Assembly (NCBI RefSeq): GCF_009914755.1
Contig: NC_060927.1
DNA from: the human T2T-CHM13v2.0 reference genome, Homo sapiens
Strand: one strand, 5' to 3'
DNA length: 64,000 bases
The notes under the pieces: generated by a model
What the model was told of the DNA's origin: nothing
The model's input: the letters and a program-made list of their open reading frames with translations, nothing else
Databases searched by the model: none
In this document: positions 27,171 to 39,384 of the stretch, piece by piece
How the letters are laid out: every line of letters begins with the position of its first letter
Numbering within the stretch: position 1 is the first letter of the stretch
Position numbers and translations under genes: made by a program

Positions 27171-29032
27171 GTATTTGACACTGACTGCAACGCTCTTGAG
27201 CCTTCCATGATAGAAATGCCAGCAAGGCACAAGCTTGGCAATGTCACAGTTCAGAAATCAGCCTCTTGGAGACTGTCACATCCCATCACCACAAGTTGAT
27301 GGGATTGAAATGTGCCATATGTTCTGAATATAGACAGGGTCAGAACTTTCATTTTCACTGAGTGTGCGGTAATTAAAAACCTTACTGAAAGCAAATGATG
27401 GAGGATGAGCTTTAGAGCATCTCTGAAGCAACTTCTAATGAATGCAAAAATAACTGGAGTTGCAAAGTCACATTGCAACCACCCTCTCCTTAAAGGTTAG
27501 GTATGAAGGCCAAGTTGCCTTCATCAGCCACATTGCAAAATATTTAAAGATAAGCATACGCTACAGAGTTTAAATGACCATATATCAAAACAATATTGTT
27601 TTCAGTCTAATATTAAGTGTAGCAAGCCAGATGTTTCTTATCTTATTTAAATGAAAAAAATGGAGCTACTAGTATGCACATTAAAACTTGTAACCAGATT
27701 GTAAGATTTGGGTACAACCAATATTTCATAATTCTTTGCAGCTCCTTTAACACCCAGCAAGAGATTACAATGAATTCTTGTTAAATGAATGAATGAATGA
27801 GGGCTTGTTTCTTGATTCAGAGGGCAGAATACAGAATCTAACAAAGAATCTTTAACATACTAAACACTCAGGAAATAAAAACACTGATCTAGAAGACAGA
27901 AAATCTAAAAGCTAATGAGTTGAACAAGTCTTTTAAACTTTCTAGTCTGTAGTACTTTATATAAATAAAGTGTGAGATACAATTCTTTATATAAATAAAG
28001 AAAGGTGTGAGAAGCCCCATCTAACACTGTGATTCCATGATTCTATGAAATCATAACCCAGTTATCCAGATGAAACTTGATCTCTGATATCTTTCTTGTT
28101 ATCTGATTACACAGGAATTGGGCAAAAATGTGGCTTAAAAAGAAATACAGAACTCAAAGATTAAAAAAGAACTATCCATATCTAACTATCCATGCCCAGC
28201 TTACCAGGGGACTCGAGTATATAATCAAGACGGAATTTTTTATGGTACATCAGCAACCTTTGAAAATACAACATGATGAAAATACAGCATGACCTGGTGC
28301 CTAGCCTTATCCTTTTATTGAATATGGAGGGAAAGAGGGTGGGACTGCAGAGGTTAAGACCAGTCGGCGGTCTATTGGTCTTTTAATGTTTCTGGGTCTC
28401 AGTTTTATTCATATTTAAGCAAGTAAGCCTGTGTAGACTTCTCTCAGAGGAAAATCAGCAAGTTGTATAAATGAAAGCAGATTAAGCATATGAATCCTTT
28501 CAGGAGAAAAGTTAGTTGGGGTGTCTGTTGTTTTGTATGAATCTGAACTAGGAAAGTCAGACAAACTAGAGAAGGATAAAAAGTGTCCTTCTGCTTGCTG
28601 CTGGAGTACCTTGGATCAGGGGAGTACCTTTGGATGGAGGCTTGGAGTGGACAGCAAATTGGGGAGCAGGAAGCAAAATGGGCTTGATATTCCTGAACAT
28701 TCCTCATAGCAGCATGGAATCTTGAAGTCTTAAAGGAACTACTCAAGTGGGACCTCTAGTCCTGTTCTCATAAAATGTGATACTTGAACTTCCACCATCA
28801 ATGGAGTAGAAATGAGTTGATTGATTTTGCAAAAGCAGGACCCTTTGAAGGACCTAAGAGCTTCAGAGCCCGACAAGGGATCTACTGGGAGATTCCTTAG
28901 CAGCTTTTGGTGTCATAGTAATAAATTTTCCAAATGAAAGTAATAGTGAGAAACGGGGTCCATATGAGCAGTTTTTGCAGAAAATCCTTACAGTGAGCCT
29001 CAGAGCAGCAAATAAAAAAAGTGGTAATTTCT

Positions 29033-29326
29033 GGCCGGGCGCAGTAGCTCAGGCCTGTAATCCTAGCACTTTGTGGGGCTGAGGTGGGTGGATCATGAGG
29101 TCAGGAGTTCAAGACCAGCCTGACCAACATGGTAAAACCCTGTCTCTACTAAAAATACAAAAATTAGCTGGGTGTGGTGTTGTGTCTGTAATTCCAGTTA
29201 CTCAAGAGGCTGAGGCAGGGGAATCACTTGAACTTGGGAGGCAGAGGTTGCAGTGAGCTGATATCATGCCGCTGCACACTCCAGCCTGGGAAACAGAGCG
29301 AGACTCCGTCAAAAAAAAAAAAAAAA
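29033..29326 (+). mobile_element. AluS (Sg-like)
   Basis: Full dimer, A-tail, approximate TSD tggtaa(t/c)ttct. Confidence 0.94.
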
Positions 29327-30001
29327 CATTGGTAACTTCTGTCAGTAACCATCTTTTGATGAAGAACAACACAAATGATTAAAGATACAAACTATTCCAC
29401 ATGAAGACAGTTGGGTAAATAGAAAAAGAGAAGGGTCGAGGATCATTTCAAACTGAAAAAGATTTGAGCCAGAGTTAAAGAAAGTTAGAATGGGCTGAAA
29501 TGAAATTTATAAAAGCCTTATTTTTTTCTGTACAGATAAGGGCCAGGAGACAAGATCAGGTATTCTAACTCTGTTCAGTGATTTCTGAACATTCTGAGTT
29601 GCCTCCCCACCTCAGAGCTTTAATAAGCCTTCTTTTCATCCATTCTCTCATACCACACAGGTCAGAATAAAAGGAAAACAGCAAGACAGAGTTGGAAGTA
29701 ATTTTCCACATTCATAGAAAAATTTCCAAGCAGCGTTTATATTCTATATGCCCTTGGGTCTTTATAGGCCCCCTTTTGGATGAGCTTCCTTATATCAGGT
29801 CACTCAGAATTTAGAGGGGTTAAGTAAATGAAGAAATTGATGTCACTTGCTCTTTAAGCTAACATTCTTTCCTAAACCTCATCATAAACATTGTCTTCCT
29901 TCAATAGGACCATTTGTTGAGCTCTTCAGAGCACCCCTCACCCTGTAAATGTAGACACATAGATGTACTGTATATTCTAAAACATCAGGACTTCTGGATG
30001 T

Positions 30002-30313
30002 CTTTTTCTTTTTTCTTTTTTTTGTTTTTTGAAACAGAGTCTCACTGTGTCACCCAGGCTGGAGTGCAGTAGTGCAGTTTGGCTCACTGCATCCCCTCCA
30101 CCCACCAGACTCAAGCAATCCACCTCAGCCTCCTCAGTAGCTGGGACCACAGGTGCTTGCCACCATGCCTGGTTAATTAAAAAAAAAATTTTCTTTGTAA
30201 AGATGGGGTCTCACTATATTGCCCAGGCTGCTCTCAAACTCCTAGGCTCAAGCAATCCTCCTGCCTCAGCCTGTCAAAATGTTGAGAGTACAGGCATGAG
30301 CCCCTGGGCCTGA
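30002..30313 (-). mobile_element. AluJ
   Basis: Diverged dimer (ctcaagcaatcctcctgcctcagcc); TSD ggatgtctttttctt at 29996 and 30317. Confidence 0.92.
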
Positions 30314-30567
30314 CCAGGATGTCTTTTTCTTAGTCATCAGAATCCAATGAGCTCTGTGTCTTCACAGACAGCCCAAGTTGTTTTTTTGTTTGTTTGTTTG
30401 TTCGCTTTTTCTCGCTGTTAATTCCCTATCTTCCCTATTCTTTGGAGATTGCTCTATTTTGAAGTTCTTACGTGTATTATAGCTCTTCTTCAAAGGAACA
30501 AATTTGAATTACCCTCAGAAATCCTCTTATAGGATTCAGAAAAGATGCATTTAAAACTTCAGTCTCA

Positions 30568-30891
30568 GGTCAGGCACAGTGGCTTATCTCTGTAATACCA
30601 ACATTTTGGTAGGCTGAGGTGAGAGGATCACTTGAAGCCAAGAGTTTGAGACTAACCTGGGCAATATAGCAAGACCCCATTTCTACTAAAAATAATTTTT
30701 TAAAATTAGCCAGGTGTGGTGGTGGACACCTGTACTGCTAGCCACTTGGGAGCCTGAGGTGAGAGGATCACTTGAGCCCAGGAATTTGAGGTTGCAGTGA
30801 GCTTCTGTGATTGCATCACTGCACTCCATCCTGGGTGACAGTAAGACCTGACTCTAAAAACAAAACAAAACAAAAAAAAACAAAACAAAAC
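30568..30891 (+). mobile_element. AluJ with (CAAAA)n tail
   Basis: gaggatcacttgagcccagga J-type arms; TSD aacttcagtctcag at 30555 and 30892. Confidence 0.93.
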
Positions 30892-31994
30892 AACTTCAGT
30901 CTCAGAGACAGGTACTATTTGAGAGAAGAATAATGCCTCAGAGGATTATCACTTTAAATAAAACACCATTAAGCCCTTTCAGCCCAGTTCTCAATTGCTT
31001 TTATGCCCAACCAAAGACACCAAATAATCTAAAATGTGTTCTGGTATGAAATCAGACTTTGCATTGTAAAAATGAGCCATTTATTCCAAAGTTTCTTTAG
31101 CCTTGCCAGTAATGAAAAGCTGCCTCACTGCACACATGACTTTAATGTACATCTATTCAGGAGTGAAGCAAGACTGTGGTAAACTAGGTAGACATGGTAA
31201 TTCATGGCTACTCATGGGCAGCCAGTCTCATGGACTCACCTGCAGTGGTAGCCTCTTGCCTTATTTCACTTGTATTTGTTGAAGAAAAGCAGCAACGGAC
31301 AAATAAGATATAGCTGCTAGCACAGCAAGATGTGAAACATTTTATGACCTAAACACAATAACCCATAATGCAAAAAACCTGCAAAATAGAGCAGAGTGAA
31401 TCAAATTCACTAGAGAATTCCTTTATTTTTACCACAATGGCTGTTATGCTTTAGAATACTTATTTCCAATCTTGGCCCTTAATTATATCATAAGAAAAGG
31501 TCAACACCTTTGGGTGTTGGGATGGAAATGTAGGAAAGTATGCTTTTTAAGTTGAATTTGTAATAGAAACAAATGAAAAACTAATAAGAAAAAAATGAGA
31601 GAATTAAACATGGAGCAGATCCAGATGGGGCAAGACATAAATATAGAGCAGTTTCAAAGCAAACCTTGCAAGATACCAGTCTGGTACCTTGTATGATTTT
31701 CCTAGGCTGAGGACCTGACAGATTCTTAAAAAATACCTTGTGACATGCATTATGCTCTTCACAAAGAGCATATCTGAGCTCTTCACGAGGTTCCTGCAAA
31801 GAGCTCATATTTCAATGAGGGAGAAAGAAACAGAAGAAACAATTTAAAATACCCTAATGTGATAAGTCATATATATGGCAGTAGCATCCCTATTGTCTAG
31901 AAAAAGCCACTATAACATTGTATTGCTTAGAGTCTAAATTTATTTAATGTAATTTTCTGATTGCTCAATACTTAAATTTTATTCCCCTCACTGC

Positions 31995-32490
31995 TCTTTT
32001 TTCATTGAGAGTCTAATTTACCTATAATAAAAGGCACAGATTTTAAGAGCACAGTTCAATGAGTTTTGGCAAATGTATATACTCATCTAATCAATACTAT
32101 AATCAAGATATAGAATATTTTCATCAACCAAGAAAGTGTCTCCCTAATTTATAACACCTTAGCTTAGTTTTGGTTATTTTTGGTTCATGTAAATAGAATC
32201 ATACAGTATGTACCTTTTAATATTTGACTCCCATCAGTCAAAAAATTGTCTACAAAATTAATCCATGCTATTATAAGCATTGGATTTTTTCTTTTTATTG
32301 CTGAGTGTTGCCCCGTTGTATGAATATACCACCATTTGTCCATCCATTCTCAAGTGGAATGCAATTTAAATTATTTCTGGTTTGAGCTGCTGCAAAGAAA
32401 GTTGCTCTGAACAATGTTGTGTAAGTCATTGGGTGGTTATATTTCTTTCTCTTGGATGAATATTTAGAAGGGGAACTGTTGAGTTCACAC
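31995..32490 (-). mobile_element. Old L1 (L1MD/ME-like) 3' end
   Basis: cacagttcaatgagttttggcaaatgtatatac...tagaatcatacagtatgtac...tgaatataccaccatttgtccatccattc. Confidence 0.82.
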
Positions 32491-32534
32491 ATTGTATTCT
32501 TGAACTCTTATTTTGACTTATTTCTTGATGATCA

Positions 32535-32720
32535 TAGCCACTTGGGAGCCTGAGGTGAGAGGATCACTTGAGCCCAGGAATTTGAGGCTGCAGTGAGCTT
32601 CTGTGATTGCATCACTGCCCTCCATCCTGGGTGACAGTAAGACCTGACTCTAAAAACAAAACAAAACAAAAAAACAAAACAACTTCAGTCTCAGAGACAG
32701 GTACTATTTGAGAGAAGAAT
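32535..32720 (+). repeat. Dispersed duplicate of 30739-30931 (AluJ right-arm part, tail and unique flank)
   Basis: Identical except 2 substitutions and a 7-nt shorter A-rich tail. Confidence 0.97.
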
Positions 32721-32730
32721 CTTTGAACAC

Positions 32731-33091
32731 TGTATTAGTCTGTTTTCATACTGCTGATAAAGACATACCTGAGACTGGGCAATTTACAAAAGAAAGAGGT
32801 TTATTGGACTTAAGGTTCCACATAGCAGGGGAGGCCGCACAATCGTGATGGAAGGTGAGGAGGAGCAAGTCACGTCTTACATGGATGGCAGCAGGCAAAG
32901 AGAGAGCTTGTGCAGGGAAACTCCCGTTTTTAAAACCATCAGATCTTGTGAGACTCATTCACTATCACAAGAATGGAAAGGCCTTCCCCCATAACTCAAT
33001 CACCTCCCATCGAGTTCCTCCCATGACATGTGGGAATACTGGGAGATACAATTCAGGATGACATTTGGGTGGGGACACAGCAAACCACATC
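32731..33091 (-). mobile_element. THE1 (A/B-like) MaLR solo LTR
   Basis: tgtattagtctgttttcatactgctgataaagacatacctgagactggg...ggggacacagcaaaccacatca; 5-bp TSD aacac/aatac. Confidence 0.93.
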
Positions 33092-33989
33092 AAATACTTT
33101 TGCTGAAGTTTGGTTAATGGTATGTTTCTTGAGAAATGGTGTATTTTTTGAGAACTTATATAGAATATCTTTGTTTTCTATGTACACAAATAATATACAT
33201 TTGAAACCCATCTCTTTCTTCCTCATTCACTAGTAATGTCACAGCTCTAAACATACCTTATCATCATTCACCTTGAGGTAGGGACAGTATCTTTATACCA
33301 TTATGATCCCAGTGCCTGGCACATGGCCGAAGGTTAGTAAATACTTGTCAAATAAAATGTGTGCCTCTGCTGAATCACCCAAACTGATATTTCATTGGTG
33401 CAATTTAGTTACTATCTTTTATCTGCAACCCAATCTCATCAGCATATGATTACTTAAAAAAACAACAAATCAAGGAGCAAAGACCCCAGTGGGACACTGC
33501 TTAACAAATGTTGATGATACTAAGCTAGAATAAATCAGAAGTGACAACTCTTCACAAGAGGATGGGGAAACATTGGTTGGATTAAGCATCATTTGTTTTT
33601 GAGATACCTTCATACACATCACTGTTCATATTATACTTCATACACATCAGGACTGTTTACTAGCAGAACACCGAGTTGCATTTCAATTAAGTCATTAGTG
33701 ATGGGTTTTAGAGATGAAAATTAACAAGATCCTATGTTTATACAAATACACACATACACAAACACCTTCAAAAGTCAACACTATGGAAGATTCTAGCAAG
33801 AAGTGGTGGTCATAATTCGGATCTACCTGGTCATAGAGGCAAAGCCCACACACTTTACATATTTTTCTTCTTATATTAACCTTTTTGAGCTTAGAAGATT
33901 GCATTAAAATCTGGATGCCCAACAGCCAAATACCTAGTGTGAATTTATCCCTGTGCTACAGTGACAGTGATTCACCCTCCAATGCTCCA

Positions 33990-34670
33990 TCCTGCACTGT
34001 CCTCTTGTTCTTACACACTCCATATCCAATTCATCCAGAAATTGTTTATCTATAAAATATATCCAGAATATGATGACTTTTCTCCACCTCCACCTTGGTC
34101 CAAGTTACTCTCATCTCTTGCCTGTATTATTATAATGTCCTTCTATCTTGTCCCCCAGCTTTCATTCTTATTTCTCTTCTGGCAACCAGCTGACAGGGTG
34201 AATCTTTTAAAAGATAAGATAGATCATTGTTATTCTATCTCCTTTCTGACACTTCACCTCCCACCATTCCACTCCTTTACACCCTACACTACAACTACTC
34301 AGGTCTCCTTGATATTTTTTGAACTTCTCCCTTGGGACTGTGCTTGTACTTTCCTCTACCTACTCTTACTGGCGAGAGACTCTTCAAGTCTTTGTCTTAA
34401 TGTCACCTTCAATGAAGCCTGCTCAGACAACCCTAATCACAACCCTAATCTCAACACTCTCCTGCCTTCCAATCTTTCTTATTTCGAATCAGCTATTACA
34501 TTCTTTTTACTACTTATTATTATATATTATTTATTGTTTCTCTTTTCCAATTAGTTCTACAAAGGCAAGCTTCATAAAATCATGTCTATTTTGTTCACTG
34601 ATACATCCCAGGTGTCCAATGCTTAGCATATAGTAGGTACTGAATAAATATTTATTGAAGAAGTCAATAA
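33990..34670 (+). mobile_element. L2 3' portion
   Basis: catatccaattcatc...aatatatccagaat...gcatatagtaggtactgaataaatatttattgaa. Confidence 0.78.
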
Positions 34671-35599
34671 ATTTGCATTAGATGCTTTTGGTACAAGGTA
34701 CCAGATAAAAGGTAAAAAGGTACAAGGTACAAAGATACAAGGAAAGTCTTCCCTGAGGTTAACTTCAGTATGGAAACTTTAGAAAATATATTTAAATATA
34801 CTGTTAGAATAATTGTTCTAGGTCAATTTTTGAATTTTACCTGTAGGACTCCAGGTAAAAGTTATTTTACCTAGGAGTGGAGGACTGTTTTTAAACTACA
34901 ATTTTTCTAGGTAGTTCATCTAGTATATAACATTGCTAAAAATCCTTCAAAATGGAAACAATAAGCTTTTCTTTATGGTGCAAGAAAAACATTGTCATGT
35001 TCTGGGATCAATATTTTAAAAATTCAGTTGTCTATGGCACAGAATGAATATTGAGAAATTTTAGAGGAAATTACACATCATATTATTCAAGCATTGACAT
35101 TATTTTAAGAATTTCTAGCATCACATCTAAAACAAAATATGTGCTTCCCACACATCAGTCTTTCAAATGTCACCATTACTTATATTTAGATGCTGTTTTT
35201 TCTTTAAATTGACACATTAAAATTAAATATATCTAAACACTGGAGCTTTGTATTACTACTACTGATGGAAAATCAGTATCACTTAGCACAAATAGATGAG
35301 AAAAATCAAAATACAAATTATGAAAACTAAAAAATTTATTAAATTCTAGCAAGGTACTATTGCTGGCCTAATGTTCTGAGTCTGAAGTCTTTCTCTTCTA
35401 TGTTGAAAATGAAGAACACAAAAATGTTAAAAGATACAGAAACATACGCTGTAATATAAAACTAAAATTTTCTTTTATACATTATCAGGATAAAAAATTT
35501 TAAGGGATAACTGTCTCATTTTGAGTTTCAATATATCCAGATTTCATGTTTAACATCATCTCTTGTGTCACTAGTGTCCGAGGGTGGTTAGTGCGGACT

Positions 35600-35785
35600 T
35601 TGTCATTCAATATTTGGATTTCAATGCTGACCTCCTCACTTACTGACTCTGCAGCCTTGAGCTAGGGAAATAATCTCTCTAAGTTGTATTTTCTTTCATC
35701 CATAAAATAGAGCAAATAGTGCCGATTTTGCTGATATGAGATATGACAGTTAAATAATATAATGTACAAAGGCACAAACCAGGTG
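35600..35785 (+). mobile_element. MIR
   Basis: ctcacttactgactctgcagccttgagc...ttcatccataaaatag. Confidence 0.55.
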
Positions 35786-36002
35786 TTTTAAATGTTAATT
35801 CCCTTCTTGGTCAAAAAGATTCTTAGCTTTTAGTTTTAATGACCAAAATACTCTCTGTTCATTCAGGTCAACATGAGTTCTCATTGTCAGGGGTTCAAAG
35901 TTCTATCTAATGGGCTTATAGCTTATACTTTGTAATTGACATTAATATTAAAATGTCATTATAGCTTTAGAGGCGTTTGTTATAGAAGTCTTATATAGCA
36001 AG

Positions 36003-37072
36003 TATTATAGATTGATTGTAAACTCCCAAAACTCATATGTTGAAATCCTAATCCTTAATTTGATGAAGATGGGAAGGAATGAGGAAAACCTGTCAGATTT
36101 ATTGGCTTTCACAGGAGAACCATAGAATTAGTGCTCTATTCTTCAAGATAATAGAAGAGTGAACACAAAGGAGAGTCAGAGATCATCTACCTCATGGTTT
36201 CAAAAGTGGGGGACCATTGCCTTTCTTTCAAGGACTAGACAGAGTCTCTGCCAGAACTTTGCAGGTGGGACTGCCAGGCAGTCTCCTGGTGACACACTCA
36301 GTGGGCCTGAAGGTCAAGACATCAAGCCAGAGAGGGTTACTCTTGAGCCTTAAAATCTCATGGATTTTACCTTGCAGTATGGACTTACTTGGGATCCATT
36401 ATTCTTTTCTTCTTTCTTATTTCTTCCTTTTGGAATGGAAATGTCTATCCTACATCTGTCCCACTATTGTATTTTGGAAGCACATACCTTGTTGGATTTC
36501 ACAGATTCACAGATGGAGAGCAATTTGCCTCAGGATAAACTGTACCTTCAGTCTCACCCATATATGATTTAGATGACATTTAAATGAGACTTTAGATTTT
36601 AGACTTTAGAGTTGATGCTGGAAAGAGTTGAGACTTTTGTGGCTGTTAGGATGTAATGAATGTATTTTGCATGAGAAGTACACAAATTTTGGAGGACCAG
36701 GGGCAGAATGCTATAGACTGACTGCTATAGACTGTTACGCTCAGTCAAAATTCGTATATTGAAATCCTAATCCTCAATGTGATAGTATTAGGAAGTGAGG
36801 CCATTGGTAGGTGATTTATGAGAGCAGAGCCCTCATGAGTAGGATCAGTGCCTATAAAAGAGACCCCAGAGCCTTGTATCTATAGCCACGTGAGGACATA
36901 GCAAGAAAGTGCTGTCTATGAATCAGGAAGTACACCATCACTAGACACCAAATCTGCTGACACCTTGACCTTAGATTTTCCAGTCCCTAGAACTGTGAGA
37001 AATAAGTTTATGTTGTTTATTAGCCACCCAGTTTATAATATTTTGTTATAGCAGCCCAAATAGATTAAGACA
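36003..37072 (+). mobile_element. Internally deleted MLT1A0-like MaLR provirus (5' LTR start, internal 3' part, polypurine tract, full 3' LTR 36709-37072)
   Basis: Both LTR starts share aaa(c/t)tc(a/g)tat(g/a)ttgaaatcctaatcct; PPT ggaggaccaggggcagaa; 5-bp TSD gcaag at 35998 and 37073. Confidence 0.85.
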
Positions 37073-37228
37073 GCAAGCCCAGCCAGTTTTGAATGGAGAA
37101 TAACTGGAAATGATAGGGATAAGTGAGAGTTCTTTGGAAACAGGATAATCTCTCAATATCTACAGCTAAGCATTCCATTTATATCAGAAGAGGGCTGGCC
37201 CAAAGTATCATGATATAAAATCTGCTTG

Positions 37229-37533
37229 GGGCTGGGAGGAGTGATCCATGCCTGTAATCCCAGAACTTTGGGAAGCCCAGGCAGGCGGATCACTTGAGCC
37301 CAGGAGTTTGAGACAAGCCTTGGCAGCACAGTGAAACTCCACCTCTACTAAAAAATACAAAAATTAGCTTGGGTGTGGTGGCATGTGCCTGTAGTTCCAG
37401 CTACTGGTCAGGGGGCTGAGGCAGGAGAATCACCTGAGCCCAGGAGGTCAAGGCTACAGTGAGCCATGACTGTGCCACTGCACTCAACTCTGGGTGATGG
37501 AGCGAAACCTTGTCTCAAAATAATAAAATAAAA
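37229..37533 (+). mobile_element. AluJ (Jb-like)
   Basis: Dimer with gagcccaggaggtcaaggctacagtgagc; TSD aaaatctgcttgg. Confidence 0.93.
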
Positions 37534-38369
37534 TCTGCTTGGACTGACTTGCTCAAGGACAATTCCTCAAAACTGGAGAAATTTGCAAAGGTCACCACCA
37601 ACTCATCAAGAACATCTCACATTTTCAGTTATCTTGTGTATCCCACATTTCATGGTGCTTCCGTCTTCCACTGTGAGAGCCACATATAGTGCTGCAAGAG
37701 GAAATTGACATTTGGGGCATATTTCCCCCTTCTGTACAAAAGCCAGAGCAATTGAGGGTGAAGATATGTCTTTATATTTATATAGCTATTAAAGTGGTTA
37801 GTTAAAATTATTTGAATAATTCAAAAAATTAAGCAGGAAAGCATGAAATATCTGCAAACTGAGAAAGATACAATCACTTATTTATGGAACACCAATTTTA
37901 ATTTTATATTTTGAAAAGATGGCAATAAATATTTATATGTTTCTCATTTTTTTAAACACAAAAGCCAGGGAGGAAAATGCAGACTACAGTGAAAGCTTGT
38001 GGTTTAAATTCCCTTTTTAGATTTTATAATAACCTTTATCTTCCTGAATTTTCTTCCTTTATTAGTATTATGGAACAGCCAGACTTAATTATCTCCTTTT
38101 AATTTGTGTTTCTTATTTCTTTTGTTTGGCTCATGCACTTGTTTATTCCTTTAGATGTGGATTGGTGAGGGAGGGGTAGAAGAGTGAACACAAGGAGATT
38201 CTATGTCACCTTTTATAAGAGAAGTTAGACTTTATTTTCTTATTTAAATTTCAATAGATGATTTGTTAGGCTTAAAGCTGTGGGTGGTGAAGAAATTCTT
38301 CTTTGAAGAAAAAGCGTATTCATTCAGTAATTATATGTGTTAGTAAAGAATCACTAAGTAAACAAGAGT

Positions 38370-38800
38370 TCCAGGACAATCAATAACTATTTGGAGAGAA
38401 AAAAAAATCAAGTTACCACAACTTTTCACAAAAAAATAAAAATCAATTCAAGATAGATTATGATTTAAAGGTAAAACAAATACATAAAACTAAAGTCTTA
38501 ACTGATTGCTTATCTGATCTTAGGAGGTAAAAAGAAGAAATCACAGTAGAAAAAAACTATAGATTTATGCAAAATAATGAAAACAAAAAGAAAACCTGGA
38601 GAAATTACTTGACAGAAAATACAGTTACTGTAAACAGGTAGTGTATAAAGTAAATATATAAAGTTTTGGTATTAAATAATAAGAACAACATCTAGGTCTC
38701 ATTTGAAATTGGCCAAAGGACATGAGTAAGTAATTAAGACAGGAAATAAAAATTAATGACAAACATAGAAAACAAATTCTATCTCACTAGTAATAAAAAT
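38370..38800 (+). mobile_element. Very old L1 (L1ME-like) ORF2 fragment, continuing at ~41990-42050 and ~42790-43560
   Basis: ttggccaaaggacatgagtaag...tctcactagtaataaaa resembles the L1 ORF2 3' region. Confidence 0.6.
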
Positions 38801-39030
38801 AGAATGATAGCTTCAAGTTCCAGTCAGGATGGAATAAGCACATTCCACCCTACTTCTGCTAATTTCAACAAACACCCTGGATACACTTAAAGCACTTATC
38901 CAGAAGATTTTGAAAGATGGATTCAAAAAGATGGTTGGGCTAGTGATGAAGGAAGCCTTGACTGTGAGTTCCCTATATATTTTTGTCTCATCTATATCTT
39001 GGTTTGTGTGCTAGAGAAGCCAGCAACTCA

Positions 39031-39384
<354 letters not shown>

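Noticed and set aside
33961-34554. Longest ORF (197 aa, +)
   Set aside because: Lies in an L2 relic, starts at GTG, has low-complexity Leu/Ser/Phe composition and no recognisable domain
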